In this document: positions 28,770 to 37,220 of the stretch, piece after piece
How positions within the stretch are numbered: position 1 is the stretch's first letter
Layout of the letters: each line of letters starts with the position of its first letter
Source of the DNA: Polyangiales bacterium
GTDB taxonomy: Bacteria > Myxococcota_A > Polyangia > Polyangiales > Polyangiaceae
Assembly: GCA_038230375.1 (NCBI GenBank)
Contig: JBBRNJ010000037.1
Span: 1-64,000, forward strand
Direction: 5' to 3'
DNA length: 64,000 nt
Program-made: the position numbers and the translations under genes
Notes under the pieces: generated by a model
What the model saw: the letters and a program-made list of their open reading frames with translations, nothing else
Told to the model about the DNA's origin: nothing
Databases searched by the model: none

Positions 28770-30989
28770 TCAGTGCTCGCCCACCGCACGCAGCTTGCGC
28801 GTCAGCTCCCCGAAGACGGCCCTGGACGTCGCGAGCGTGAGCTGGTTCTCCGCAACCTGTCGCGAGAGTGACTCCATGTCCTTCGTCGCGCCGGAGAGGT
28901 GCTGCGTGAGCTCCTTCTGTAGCGCGTCCGCGCCGCGCGTCTTCTCGAGTGCACGGAGGCTCTCGCGCAGCTCGCCCGCGCGCGCACCTGCGTCCGCGAT
29001 GCGCACGCGAAGCGCGTCCACCGCCTCGGTTGCCTTGTCCATGTCCGCGCGCGCCTTCATGAGGTCGCGCACCATCTGGTCCACGTCCGCGGGGAGCTTG
29101 GAGCCGTGGAGATAGAGCGAGAGCGTGGCGGACGCCGTGTCGGCAGCGGTGATCTGGCGCTCATGCTTCCATGTCTCGGTGACCACGAGCTCGCTCGGCT
29201 TGGAGGGCGTGAGCGGCAGTGGCACGAGATGGGTGTCCGGCGTGGACTCCGTCCCGGGTGGAAGCGCATCGACGACGTAGCCGGCGCGGCGCTCGTGGCG
29301 GATGACGAGCTTCGTGGGCACGTCTTTTCCTGGCGTGACGGCGTACCGCGTGACGCGCGTGGCAATGTCTTCCACGGTGAGCTGTCCACGCGCGACGGAC
29401 ACGATGCGCGATGGCGCGTCCGTGTGCTCCTCGGTCGTGCGCACGTCGGTGGCGGCGTCCAGGGCGTACGGGATGAGGACGGTCTCGCCCGGGTTGAGCC
29501 GCGCAAGGATGCCTTCGCCGACGAACGACCCGCCAGAGAAGATCGCAACGGAGCCGGGTTGCAGGCCGAGCGCGCCGGGGCTGGTGAGACGTGCGGCGCG
29601 GAACGGCCGCCTGTTGCTCTCGCGAACGTTCGAATCGGGACGGAACAAGAGGACCTCTTCGCCGGGCAGGAACTCGTTCACGATCGTGACCAGGCTCGAC
29701 GCGTGCTTCGGGATGGAGACGGTGTCGCCGATGTCGTATCGCATCGAACCTGCGATCTCGTGGGACAGCGTGGCCGCGCTGCCATTGTGCGCGAGCGACG
29801 ACGCCTGCGCGACGCCTGCGTGTTTGTTCTTCGCCTGTTCGTCGCTCTCGGTCTCGGCGATGCGGAACTCCACGCGGCGGTTACGACCCGCTTCGTCGCC
29901 GAGCGGTCGCGTATCGGCAAACGCCTGCGTGACCAGCTCCGTCGTCACACCACGCGACAGGAGCGCCGCGCGCACGGCACCGGCGCGGCGAGAGGAGATG
30001 CCCCAGCCGTCCTTCTCGTCGCGGGAGGCGTGGCCCTCGATGATCATGCGGCGGATGGTGTGGTTGCTCTTCAGCACGGCGGCGGTCTGATCGAGAATGG
30101 GCGCGGAGTCCTTGCCCACCGTGTCGCTCCCGCTCGTGAAATGTACCTGCTGCAGGATGGTGAGCGAGTTGCTCTGCACGACCACCTTGCCGTGATCGGG
30201 GCAGCCGTCTTCGTCCTCCATGCCGTTATGCGTCTCCGGCTGGTCGGGGCACTTGTCCACCGAGTCGGGGATTCCATCACCGTCGTGGTCGACCTCTTGA
30301 TGTGCAAGGCCGTGCTCGGAGAGCACTGGACCACTGGCAGGCTCACCAGCGTAGAGGTTCGCGGCGTCCGGGCGGTGCACGAAGCGCGGCGTGCGTAGAT
30401 CGCTCGCGAAGGACAGCGGCGCTCCGGTTGCAAGGCTCAGGTTCACGCCGGTCCAGTCCTCATCCGACACGTTGTCGATGAGCGCCCAGGCCTGGAGGAG
30501 CGCGCGCTTGTCCGTGGCGTCCGCCTTGGGAAGAATGATGCGGTACGTCGCCTTCCACGCCGCGGTGGGTGTTGCGTAGGCGATCGACACCCGGCGCGAT
30601 ACCTGCCGCGAGAGCAAGAGGTCCAGCGTGGAGACCGCTTCCGGCGCGCGCTTTGCCTCGTTGTCCAGAAGGCGCACGTTGACGGTGGACGGCTTCTCGC
30701 GCGACAGGTCGAGGCCTTCTTCGACCACGACGATGCTCTTCAACACGTCGTCGACCTCGCGCTCGCGGAACGAGAGCCGCAGCCGCCCGCCCTCCATGTA
30801 GCCGCTGCGCTCGAAGTAGCCGATGCCGTTCTGGTAGAGCACCACGCGACGGAGCCGCAGATCCGGCGAGGGCCCGGCCACCGTGGGCGTGCACCCCAAG
30901 AGCGCGAGGCCGATGCAGAGGGCGAGCGCCGTCCGACGGGCCAAGGCAGAACGCGCGGGCGGGGCAGGACAGACCAGCGAAGACAGCAT
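28770..30989 (-). CDS. DUF4140/DUF4139-type lipoprotein with inserted TSP3-like repeats + OmpA-like domain and C-terminal coiled coil
   Basis: Lipobox LLGC; RRVVLYQNGIGYFER; WKATYRI; DNVSDEDW..V.LSLATG; DHDGDGIPDSVDKCP; IEGHAS...RNRRVEF; start uncertain (30989-31034). Confidence 0.85.
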   Translation of the reverse strand: MLSSLVCPAPPARSALARRTALALCIGLALLGCTPTVAGPSPDLRLRRVVLYQNGIGYFERSGYMEGGRLRLSFREREVDDVLKSIVVVEEGLDLSREKPSTVNVRLLDNEAKRAPEAVSTLDLLLSRQVSRRVSIAYATPTAAWKATYRIILPKADATDKRALLQAWALIDNVSDEDWTGVNLSLATGAPLSFASDLRTPRFVHRPDAANLYAGEPASGPVLSEHGLAHQEVDHDGDGIPDSVDKCPDQPETHNGMEDEDGCPDHGKVVVQSNSLTILQQVHFTSGSDTVGKDSAPILDQTAAVLKSNHTIRRMIIEGHASRDEKDGWGISSRRAGAVRAALLSRGVTTELVTQAFADTRPLGDEAGRNRRVEFRIAETESDEQAKNKHAGVAQASSLAHNGSAATLSHEIAGSMRYDIGDTVSIPKHASSLVTIVNEFLPGEEVLLFRPDSNVRESNRRPFRAARLTSPGALGLQPGSVAIFSGGSFVGEGILARLNPGETVLIPYALDAATDVRTTEEHTDAPSRIVSVARGQLTVEDIATRVTRYAVTPGKDVPTKLVIRHERRAGYVVDALPPGTESTPDTHLVPLPLTPSKPSELVVTETWKHERQITAADTASATLSLYLHGSKLPADVDQMVRDLMKARADMDKATEAVDALRVRIADAGARAGELRESLRALEKTRGADALQKELTQHLSGATKDMESLSRQVAENQLTLATSRAVFGELTRKLRAVGEH

Positions 30990-31076
30990 GCGGCGTGAGG
31001 TCATGCGAGAGGGTGTATCGTGGATCGAGTTCATCCGCGAGTTGCGTGCGTGGCTCCGCGGAGAGATACTCGGGTC

Positions 31077-31469
31077 ATGAGCCTTCGAACGCGTTGCCTG
31101 TTCGTGGTCTGCCTCTCGTGCGTCGCCTGCTCGACCCCTTCTTCGAAGGACCAGAGCACCACGCCCATGTCGCAGGCGGTGGTCGCGACGGCCGGCACCC
31201 AGTCACACGGCCCATCCAGTCCCACCATCGCCGTGCTCCAGACGCGGGACCGCCGCATCGAGCTGCATTTGGGCACGCGCGTCACCGTGCGGAACAACCA
31301 GGGGGAGCTCGTGGCGGAAGACATCACACTCGACGAGCTCTCCGCGCGCGACCCATTCCTCTATGACCTGTGCCGCGCTTCCTTCGCGACGAACGACTCC
31401 GCGTTCCTGGATGCGCGCCTGGACGCACGCCACGACACGCCGAAGCTCATGGGGCTGGTCGGCGACTGA
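31077..31469 (+). CDS. Small lipoprotein
   Basis: Lipobox VAC after a hydrophobic stretch. Confidence 0.7.
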   Translation: MSLRTRCLFVVCLSCVACSTPSSKDQSTTPMSQAVVATAGTQSHGPSSPTIAVLQTRDRRIELHLGTRVTVRNNQGELVAEDITLDELSARDPFLYDLCRASFATNDSAFLDARLDARHDTPKLMGLVGD

Positions 31470-31475
31470 CGGACA

Positions 31476-32378
31476 TCACGCGACGCGGCGGAATGCGGCT
31501 GCGTGTCCGTGTGCGATGGCGCGCGCGAGCAGTTCGTCCGTCATGCCAGGAAGTGTGCGCGCACGGCGGTGCTCTTCCACTGCATCGACGGCGGACAGGA
31601 GTGTGTTGTCCGTGTTGATGCACGCGCGAATGCCAAGCGCGAGCCACCTTGGTAGCGGGTGCTCCGAAAGGCTTCCGATCGCGCTGGTGTGCACGTTCGA
31701 CGTGGGGCACGCCTCGATCGTGACGCCGCGCTCCAGCACCAGATCGACGATCGTCGGGTCGTCCGTGAGGGTGACGCCATGGCCGATACGCTGTGCGAAG
31801 AGCACCGTGATGGCCACGCGGATCTCCTCTGCCGACCGGCCTTCCGCCGCATGCACGGTTCGACCAAGACCCAGCTCACGCGCGCGCGTGAACGCGGGCG
31901 CATAGTCCGGCATGTTCACGCGGCACGTGGGAGAGGGGCCTCCCGCCAGGTCGAGTCCGGTGACGCCGGGACGGGTGCGTGCCGTCTCCACCAGCTCCAT
32001 GACCACGGGTGGTGGCTCACCCCACAGGCCGCAGAGAACGATGCCCGCTCGCCCGGCCGCGCCATCGAGCGCAGCGTCGACGATCTCCGGGATTGGCGCC
32101 GCGCGGTGCAGCTGTGGAGCGAACCGGATCTCGAGCGTGGTCACGCCTTCACGCGCGGCGTCCTCGCAGATCTCGTGCGCGACGCGACGCACTTCCTCCG
32201 GACGTTGCAGGAGACCCAGCGTGAACGCGAAGCGAGACAGCGCCGCATCGAGCCCCATTCCCGCGAAGAAGCAGAGGTTCGCAGGCACGGCCTCACCGAA
32301 GCGATCGGCAAGCTCCGCGACCGTGGACGCACGGAGCGAGCCGTCCAGGTGTCGATGCAGATCGCAGAGCCCCTTCAT
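31476..32378 (-). CDS. add: Adenosine deaminase family protein
   Basis: DLHRHLDGS, EIRFAP, GLDLAG, TVHAAE, RIGHG, CPTSN, INTDN. Confidence 0.9.
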   Translation of the reverse strand: MKGLCDLHRHLDGSLRASTVAELADRFGEAVPANLCFFAGMGLDAALSRFAFTLGLLQRPEEVRRVAHEICEDAAREGVTTLEIRFAPQLHRAAPIPEIVDAALDGAAGRAGIVLCGLWGEPPPVVMELVETARTRPGVTGLDLAGGPSPTCRVNMPDYAPAFTRARELGLGRTVHAAEGRSAEEIRVAITVLFAQRIGHGVTLTDDPTIVDLVLERGVTIEACPTSNVHTSAIGSLSEHPLPRWLALGIRACINTDNTLLSAVDAVEEHRRARTLPGMTDELLARAIAHGHAAAFRRVA

Positions 32379-32974
32379 CACTGATCGCGAACGGCCTTTG
32401 CGAGCTTTGCGCCGGCAAGCGCCTGGTCCACTTGCTCTGGCGTGCACTCGCGAAACGCGGCGCGCGCGTACGATTTTCCGTCGTTCGCGAACAGCACGTC
32501 GACCACGGCGGCCCTGCCCTGGAACTGGGACGTCCTCACGAGCTCGAGTGTGTGACCGTCCACGGCAACCTTCCGGCTGGACTGCGAGGCCATCGGGCCG
32601 CCTGGTGTCGGCGGCACCCCAGCCCAGAGGTCAACGCGCACGTTGCACTTCCCGGTTGCCGCCGTTGCGGTCACGCCAACGTGGTCCTTCTCCGCGGGAT
32701 CCTCTTTCACGGCCCAGCCCGCGGGCCGCACGCTCATGAGCGACTGCCACGGCCCCGTTGCAGGTGCCACCGGCGTCTCTGCGACAGGTGTCGCCGAGGA
32801 CACGGACGTCGCAGCTAGCGGCGGCGCGGACTGCACGGGCGTGCTCGGCGCAGACGGCATCGCTGCGGACGCGGGCGGGGTCGCCGAGGCGAGCGGCGGC
32901 GTGTTCGGCGGCGGCGGTGGCTCGTTGCAGGCAACCGACGCAACGCACGCAAGGAATAGCGAGATACGCATCAT
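32378..32974 (-). CDS. Pro-rich lipoprotein
   Basis: Lipobox SVAC; Pro/Ala/Ser linker; stop overlaps the add start. Confidence 0.75.
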   Translation of the reverse strand: MMRISLFLACVASVACNEPPPPPNTPPLASATPPASAAMPSAPSTPVQSAPPLAATSVSSATPVAETPVAPATGPWQSLMSVRPAGWAVKEDPAEKDHVGVTATAATGKCNVRVDLWAGVPPTPGGPMASQSSRKVAVDGHTLELVRTSQFQGRAAVVDVLFANDGKSYARAAFRECTPEQVDQALAGAKLAKAVRDQ

Positions 32975-33017
32975 GCCCGGAGGATAACAGCCCATCGTCG
33001 TGCTGGATCGACACGAC

Positions 33018-34997
33018 TTACGGCGTCGTCGCGCGCCGCGTGGCCGTGAACGTGAGCCTCTGACCATCTCTCAGCACGAGCAGCGTCACATGGGCCCCCA
33101 CAGGCACGTCGAGCCCTCGCTTGAGCCGCCCGAGTGAGAGCGTCGCCGGCTCCCCGTTGATCTGCACGATGCGATCACCGGCCTTCACTCCCGCGCGGTC
33201 CATGCCGCTCCCCGCCGTGATGCGCGTGAACACCCACGGCGCATCCTCCCAGTCTTCGATGTGGTCGATCCCCACCGCGCCGGTGTCTGCCGGATCGGTC
33301 TTCTTTGCTGGCTCTTCGCACGGTGGCGTGAGCATCAGCGTGCGTCTCGCGACGTCGAATGTGACCGCTTTGCAGCGCGAAAGAAGCCCGTTTCCGATGC
33401 GCCCCGCGATGCCCACCGCAGGCGGTGCGCCAAGGGCAACCGCACCGCTCGCGCCGACGACCTCGATCGGGCCAAGAGTGATCCTCTTCAGCGGCACCGC
33501 GGCGGTGACCGTTGCGTCCGCGCCCACGCCGCTCCTGGACTCGATCGTCGGCTGGGCCTGGAGCGAGAGCTCCGGGTGCGCGCGCACCCACGACTCCTCC
33601 GGGCTGATCACGTTGCCGTCGCCCGTGTCGAGCTGGAACACGTCCATCGCTCCATTCACGTTCGCGTCGACCACGAGCCGCTCGCGGCTGAGGCGCATCG
33701 GAAGAGTGACGCCATCCTTTGGCAAGAGCGCGGCGTCCTTCGCGAACGTGAGCTCGCCTTCGCCATAGTCAATGCGAACCGCCCCCGCATGAAAGAACGG
33801 GAGTCCGACGATCGCCTCCGGACGCGTCATGGCGTACGCGTCCATCACGCTCAGCGGCGTGGCGGCAACTGGCACGTGCCGGAGCGAAAGGCCACCCATG
33901 GATACCCATGAGCGCTCCGCCACCCCATAGTCGAACATCTGCGTGGAGCCCGCGCCGGTCTCGCTGAACGCAGGCGCAAGCGCGCGGCCGAGCGGCTTCT
34001 CTGAATCGATGACGACCATCCCGGCGCCCGAGTCGAGCACCGCCCAGGCGCGACGGCCGTCCACCTCCGCGCGAACGAAGATCTGATTTGAATAGAAGAG
34101 CATCGGGACCTTCACCACGCCGCCCTCGGGCCACGTCACGTCCACGGGCGGCTTCGCAGCATTCATGCACGAGCCTTCAGCGCAGCTCACACCCGCGACG
34201 CTGGAGCCGAGGCGAACGCGCTCTCCCGTCGGACCGGTGCCGGACCATTCCTCGGGAAAAGAAGGTACGTCCGTGCTCCTCTGGCTCCACGAGAAGATGT
34301 GCGCGGGCTCGTGGTCGGGAAGCGCGCACGAGAACGAGAACGAGAACGTGTTTCCTTGCGTGCTGCCGTCTGCGGTCCGACATACGGGCGCACTTCCCCG
34401 ACGGTCGAGCGCCACCTCACGAAGGCGCGCCGTACCGGGCTCGAAGCCCAGCCTGTAGACGCCGCCGCGCGCATCGGCAAATGTCATCCACATCAGCATC
34501 GAGCCGCTCGCGTCGTTGCACGCGACCTCACGTGGAGACATGCCGGGCGCCAGATACTGCCGACGAAACACGAAGGCCAGCATCTCCGCGTCTTGCGCAT
34601 CCTCACCGGACACGCGCGTGAGCATTCCAGACAGCGAGATCTCCCATGGCCCTGCCTGGTCGATGCCGAAGGAGGTGAACGCGCGCCATGTTCGCTCGGG
34701 GTTCGTTCCGCCTCTCCACATGTCCAGACGCAAGAGGTCGCGGTCCATGGTGAGCCGAGCGGAGCCCGTGCGGCCTTGACCCGTGAGCGTTCCCTCGAAG
34801 GTCCGCGGCAAGCGCGCGCTCACCTCCGCGAACGTGCCGTAGGTCGCCGCATGAGCACGAAGCATGGCGAGCGCGGTGGCATCCGCTGGGCAGCCGTTCG
34901 CAGGCACCCCGAGCGCGGGAGGACCTGGCCAACATGCGGGGCAGCAGAGGAGCGCGATCAAAGCCGGCAGCATGGGGCGCGCCGACGGTTGGGTCAT
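33018..34997 (-). CDS. Exported aspartyl protease with two retropepsin-like domains and a C-terminal PDZ domain
   Basis: AVLDSGA and FQLDTGD catalytic motifs; GRIGN; AGVKAGDRIVQING (PDZ). Confidence 0.85.
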   Translation of the reverse strand: MTQPSARPMLPALIALLCCPACWPGPPALGVPANGCPADATALAMLRAHAATYGTFAEVSARLPRTFEGTLTGQGRTGSARLTMDRDLLRLDMWRGGTNPERTWRAFTSFGIDQAGPWEISLSGMLTRVSGEDAQDAEMLAFVFRRQYLAPGMSPREVACNDASGSMLMWMTFADARGGVYRLGFEPGTARLREVALDRRGSAPVCRTADGSTQGNTFSFSFSCALPDHEPAHIFSWSQRSTDVPSFPEEWSGTGPTGERVRLGSSVAGVSCAEGSCMNAAKPPVDVTWPEGGVVKVPMLFYSNQIFVRAEVDGRRAWAVLDSGAGMVVIDSEKPLGRALAPAFSETGAGSTQMFDYGVAERSWVSMGGLSLRHVPVAATPLSVMDAYAMTRPEAIVGLPFFHAGAVRIDYGEGELTFAKDAALLPKDGVTLPMRLSRERLVVDANVNGAMDVFQLDTGDGNVISPEESWVRAHPELSLQAQPTIESRSGVGADATVTAAVPLKRITLGPIEVVGASGAVALGAPPAVGIAGRIGNGLLSRCKAVTFDVARRTLMLTPPCEEPAKKTDPADTGAVGIDHIEDWEDAPWVFTRITAGSGMDRAGVKAGDRIVQINGEPATLSLGRLKRGLDVPVGAHVTLLVLRDGQRLTFTATRRATTP

Positions 34998-35110
34998 GGA
35001 GCGGATGGTCTCCGAGCGAAACCGGTTCCGCAAGGACGAAGGTGAACGTCAGCGACCTCGCCTCGTCCAGAACGCCACGGGTGTGGCGCGCCGGCTAGAA
35101 TCAGCGGCGC

Positions 35111-35593
35111 TCAGCGGACCTGCACGGGGAAGCGGGCGTTCTCGCGGCCGTTCACCGCGATCGAGATCGCGTACTTTCCCGGCGCGAGCGTCTCGGGCAG
35201 TCGCACGGGGGACGAGTCGATCTCCTCACCCTTCTCGACGTGACGACTCGTGAGCGTCTGCACCGCGCCGTCAGGACCCGTCAGCTGGACGGAGACATCG
35301 GCGGTCGCTGGCGCAGGACCATGGAAGCGGAAGCCCACGGGATCGCCGGGAAAGAGGTGATGGTTCGCCGCATAGAGACCGCCCGTGACGACGTCCACGA
35401 TGAGCGCAATCACGCCGGGCACGATGCCGACCAGCAGCCAGAGGCAGTCGAAGACCACGGCCACAAGGTCGACGTTGCCGCCACGCCGGCCGCCGCGTTC
35501 GGGGTGCAAGATGATGCCGCAATTGACCTGTGAGAGGCCAAGCGCTGCAACGAGAGTGACAAGCACCGCTTTGGTCCGGACGTTTTTCATCAT
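35111..35593 (-). CDS. Lipoprotein with hydrophobic hairpin and Ig-like C-terminus
   Basis: CGIILHPER...D...D.L.LL.G.VPG.IA..VD..TG..Y motif; PGKY.I.I.VNG strand. Confidence 0.75.
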   Translation of the reverse strand: MMKNVRTKAVLVTLVAALGLSQVNCGIILHPERGGRRGGNVDLVAVVFDCLWLLVGIVPGVIALIVDVVTGGLYAANHHLFPGDPVGFRFHGPAPATADVSVQLTGPDGAVQTLTSRHVEKGEEIDSSPVRLPETLAPGKYAISIAVNGRENARFPVQVR

Positions 35594-35669
35594 CGCGTCG
35601 ACCAAACGCAAGACGTGGGCCACCCGTTGCTAGCCGCCCACTCAGTTCAGAATCCGGGTGGATCGTTGC

Positions 35670-36980
35670 TCAGCGCCCCGGAATCGGCGCGAGCTCCTCT
35701 GGGGCCAATGTGGCGTTGTAGTACCCCTTCGTTTTTCCGTCCGCGACCCACTGCTGCGACGGCCAGCCGGCGTCGTCCACCGAGTGAATCAGCTCGTAGT
35801 AAAGCGTCTTGTACGTGCTCGGGACCGCGCCAGCCTCATACGCGGGCTCCAGCGTGGCGGACGTGGCGCCGAACAGGATGTCCTCGAGCAGGAAGACATC
35901 CTTGCCGCTGGACCCGAGCGTCGCCGCCGCGCTCACGGCCGTAGAGGACGCGCCTGAGATCGCAAGCTGGGTGATGTTGCTGGGCACGCTCGACAGTGGC
36001 TGGATGGGCTTCGTCATGATCTGTCGGAGCGTGGCGGAGAGCGCGCTGGTAGCCGCAGCGGGGTTCTGCGCAAAGATGGGGATCTGGAACCACTCGCTGA
36101 CAAGGAGGAGCTGCTTCAGTCGCACCTGCTTCGCGCTCGCAGAGGGATCGCTCCCCAGGCTGCCCATGTCGTTGAGGACAAAGCCGATCGCGAACGGCTT
36201 CACAGTGATGGGGGCCGCGGACGTCGCATGCGGCGCCGATGCGGTCTGCCCGCCCGCGACCAGAGCCGCGGCATCGTTCACGGTGACCTGCGCGACGCCC
36301 GCTTGCTTCCAGCGTCGCAGCGCTGGCGCTGCATTGACCTCCTCGGTGAAGATCCCGTCCACCACCGCCACCACCTCGAAGCCTTGCCTGCGCAGCCCCA
36401 GGATCGTCTGCATCACGCACACGTCCGTCTCCGATCCAACGACCAGGAACCGCTTCATCCCGGACGCGCGGATGGCCGCATCGAAGTCAGGCTGGCCTGT
36501 CGCATCGAAGGTGGTCTTGATGTACTCCTTCGCGTTTGGCGGAAGCTGACCGACCAGCGCGGGCGTCAACGCGTGATCGCCCGTCTTTGCAGCCTCATAT
36601 GTGATGAAGAACGGGGCGCTCGTGGAACGGGCCAGATCGAACATCGCCTTGTCCACCGCGACGCGCGCGGGGATCCCGCTTGCTGGATTGCGCTGCGTCG
36701 CCGTCGTGACAAAGGTGGCCTGCGCATCAATGATGATGATGCCAGTGGGTGTGCTGGAGTTCGACATGCCCGAACCTCCTCCCGAGCCATCCGACCCCGG
36801 CGTGCCCGCGCCCGCGCCCCCCGACGAGCCCGCAGGCCCAGAGCCGGTCCCGTTCGACAGGTCCGCGCTGGGGGCGCCGGCACGGTCACCCGGACCGGGT
36901 GTGGTGTCGTACGCGCTGGAGCATCCAGCGAACGCGAGGCCTGCGACCAAGAGCGAGGCAAAGGACATCGAGCAGCGCAT
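35670..36980 (-). CDS. Lipoprotein with tandem isochorismatase/YcaC-like cysteine hydrolase domains (second degenerate)
   Basis: Lipobox FAGC; IIIIDAQ, KTTFDA, GSETDVCVMQT, GFEVVAVVDG. Confidence 0.8.
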   Translation of the reverse strand: MRCSMSFASLLVAGLAFAGCSSAYDTTPGPGDRAGAPSADLSNGTGSGPAGSSGGAGAGTPGSDGSGGGSGMSNSSTPTGIIIIDAQATFVTTATQRNPASGIPARVAVDKAMFDLARSTSAPFFITYEAAKTGDHALTPALVGQLPPNAKEYIKTTFDATGQPDFDAAIRASGMKRFLVVGSETDVCVMQTILGLRRQGFEVVAVVDGIFTEEVNAAPALRRWKQAGVAQVTVNDAAALVAGGQTASAPHATSAAPITVKPFAIGFVLNDMGSLGSDPSASAKQVRLKQLLLVSEWFQIPIFAQNPAAATSALSATLRQIMTKPIQPLSSVPSNITQLAISGASSTAVSAAATLGSSGKDVFLLEDILFGATSATLEPAYEAGAVPSTYKTLYYELIHSVDDAGWPSQQWVADGKTKGYYNATLAPEELAPIPGR

Positions 36981-36992
36981 GCAACGCGTACT

Positions 36993-37008
36993 CGCACGCG
37001 CCGTTCCA
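36993..37008 (-). promoter_or_regulatory. Weak sigma54 promoter candidate TGGAACGGCGCGTGCG
   Basis: GG-N10-GC spacing just upstream of the 36980/36968 starts. Confidence 0.3.
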
Positions 37009-37120
37009 CGACGCGGGGGCGCTGTGTCACTCCGGCGCGACAACGCGCGCGAGGCTTGTTTTCAAGCCGCTTCGTGATGCTCGTTCGCGCGGCGGCCCTG
37101 GCGCGGGCGCACGCGGTTCG

Positions 37121-37135
37121 TGGATCCGTGGCACC
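37121..37135. promoter_or_regulatory. Intergenic 15-mer TGGATCCGTGGCACC (copy 2)
   Basis: Identical to 10003-10017; lies between divergent genes. Confidence 0.4.
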
Positions 37136-37220
37136 GGCGGAATGACCCGCGTCCCCGGACGGGAATTTGAGAGAAATTTAAGTGGCCTACTGCGCTACGC
37201 TTTTTCTCGAGGCGCACGCG

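Noticed and set aside
35616..35631. TGGGCCACCCGTTGCT sigma54-like element on the plus strand
   Set aside because: It points into the 3' end of a minus-strand gene with no plus-strand gene downstream; likely chance
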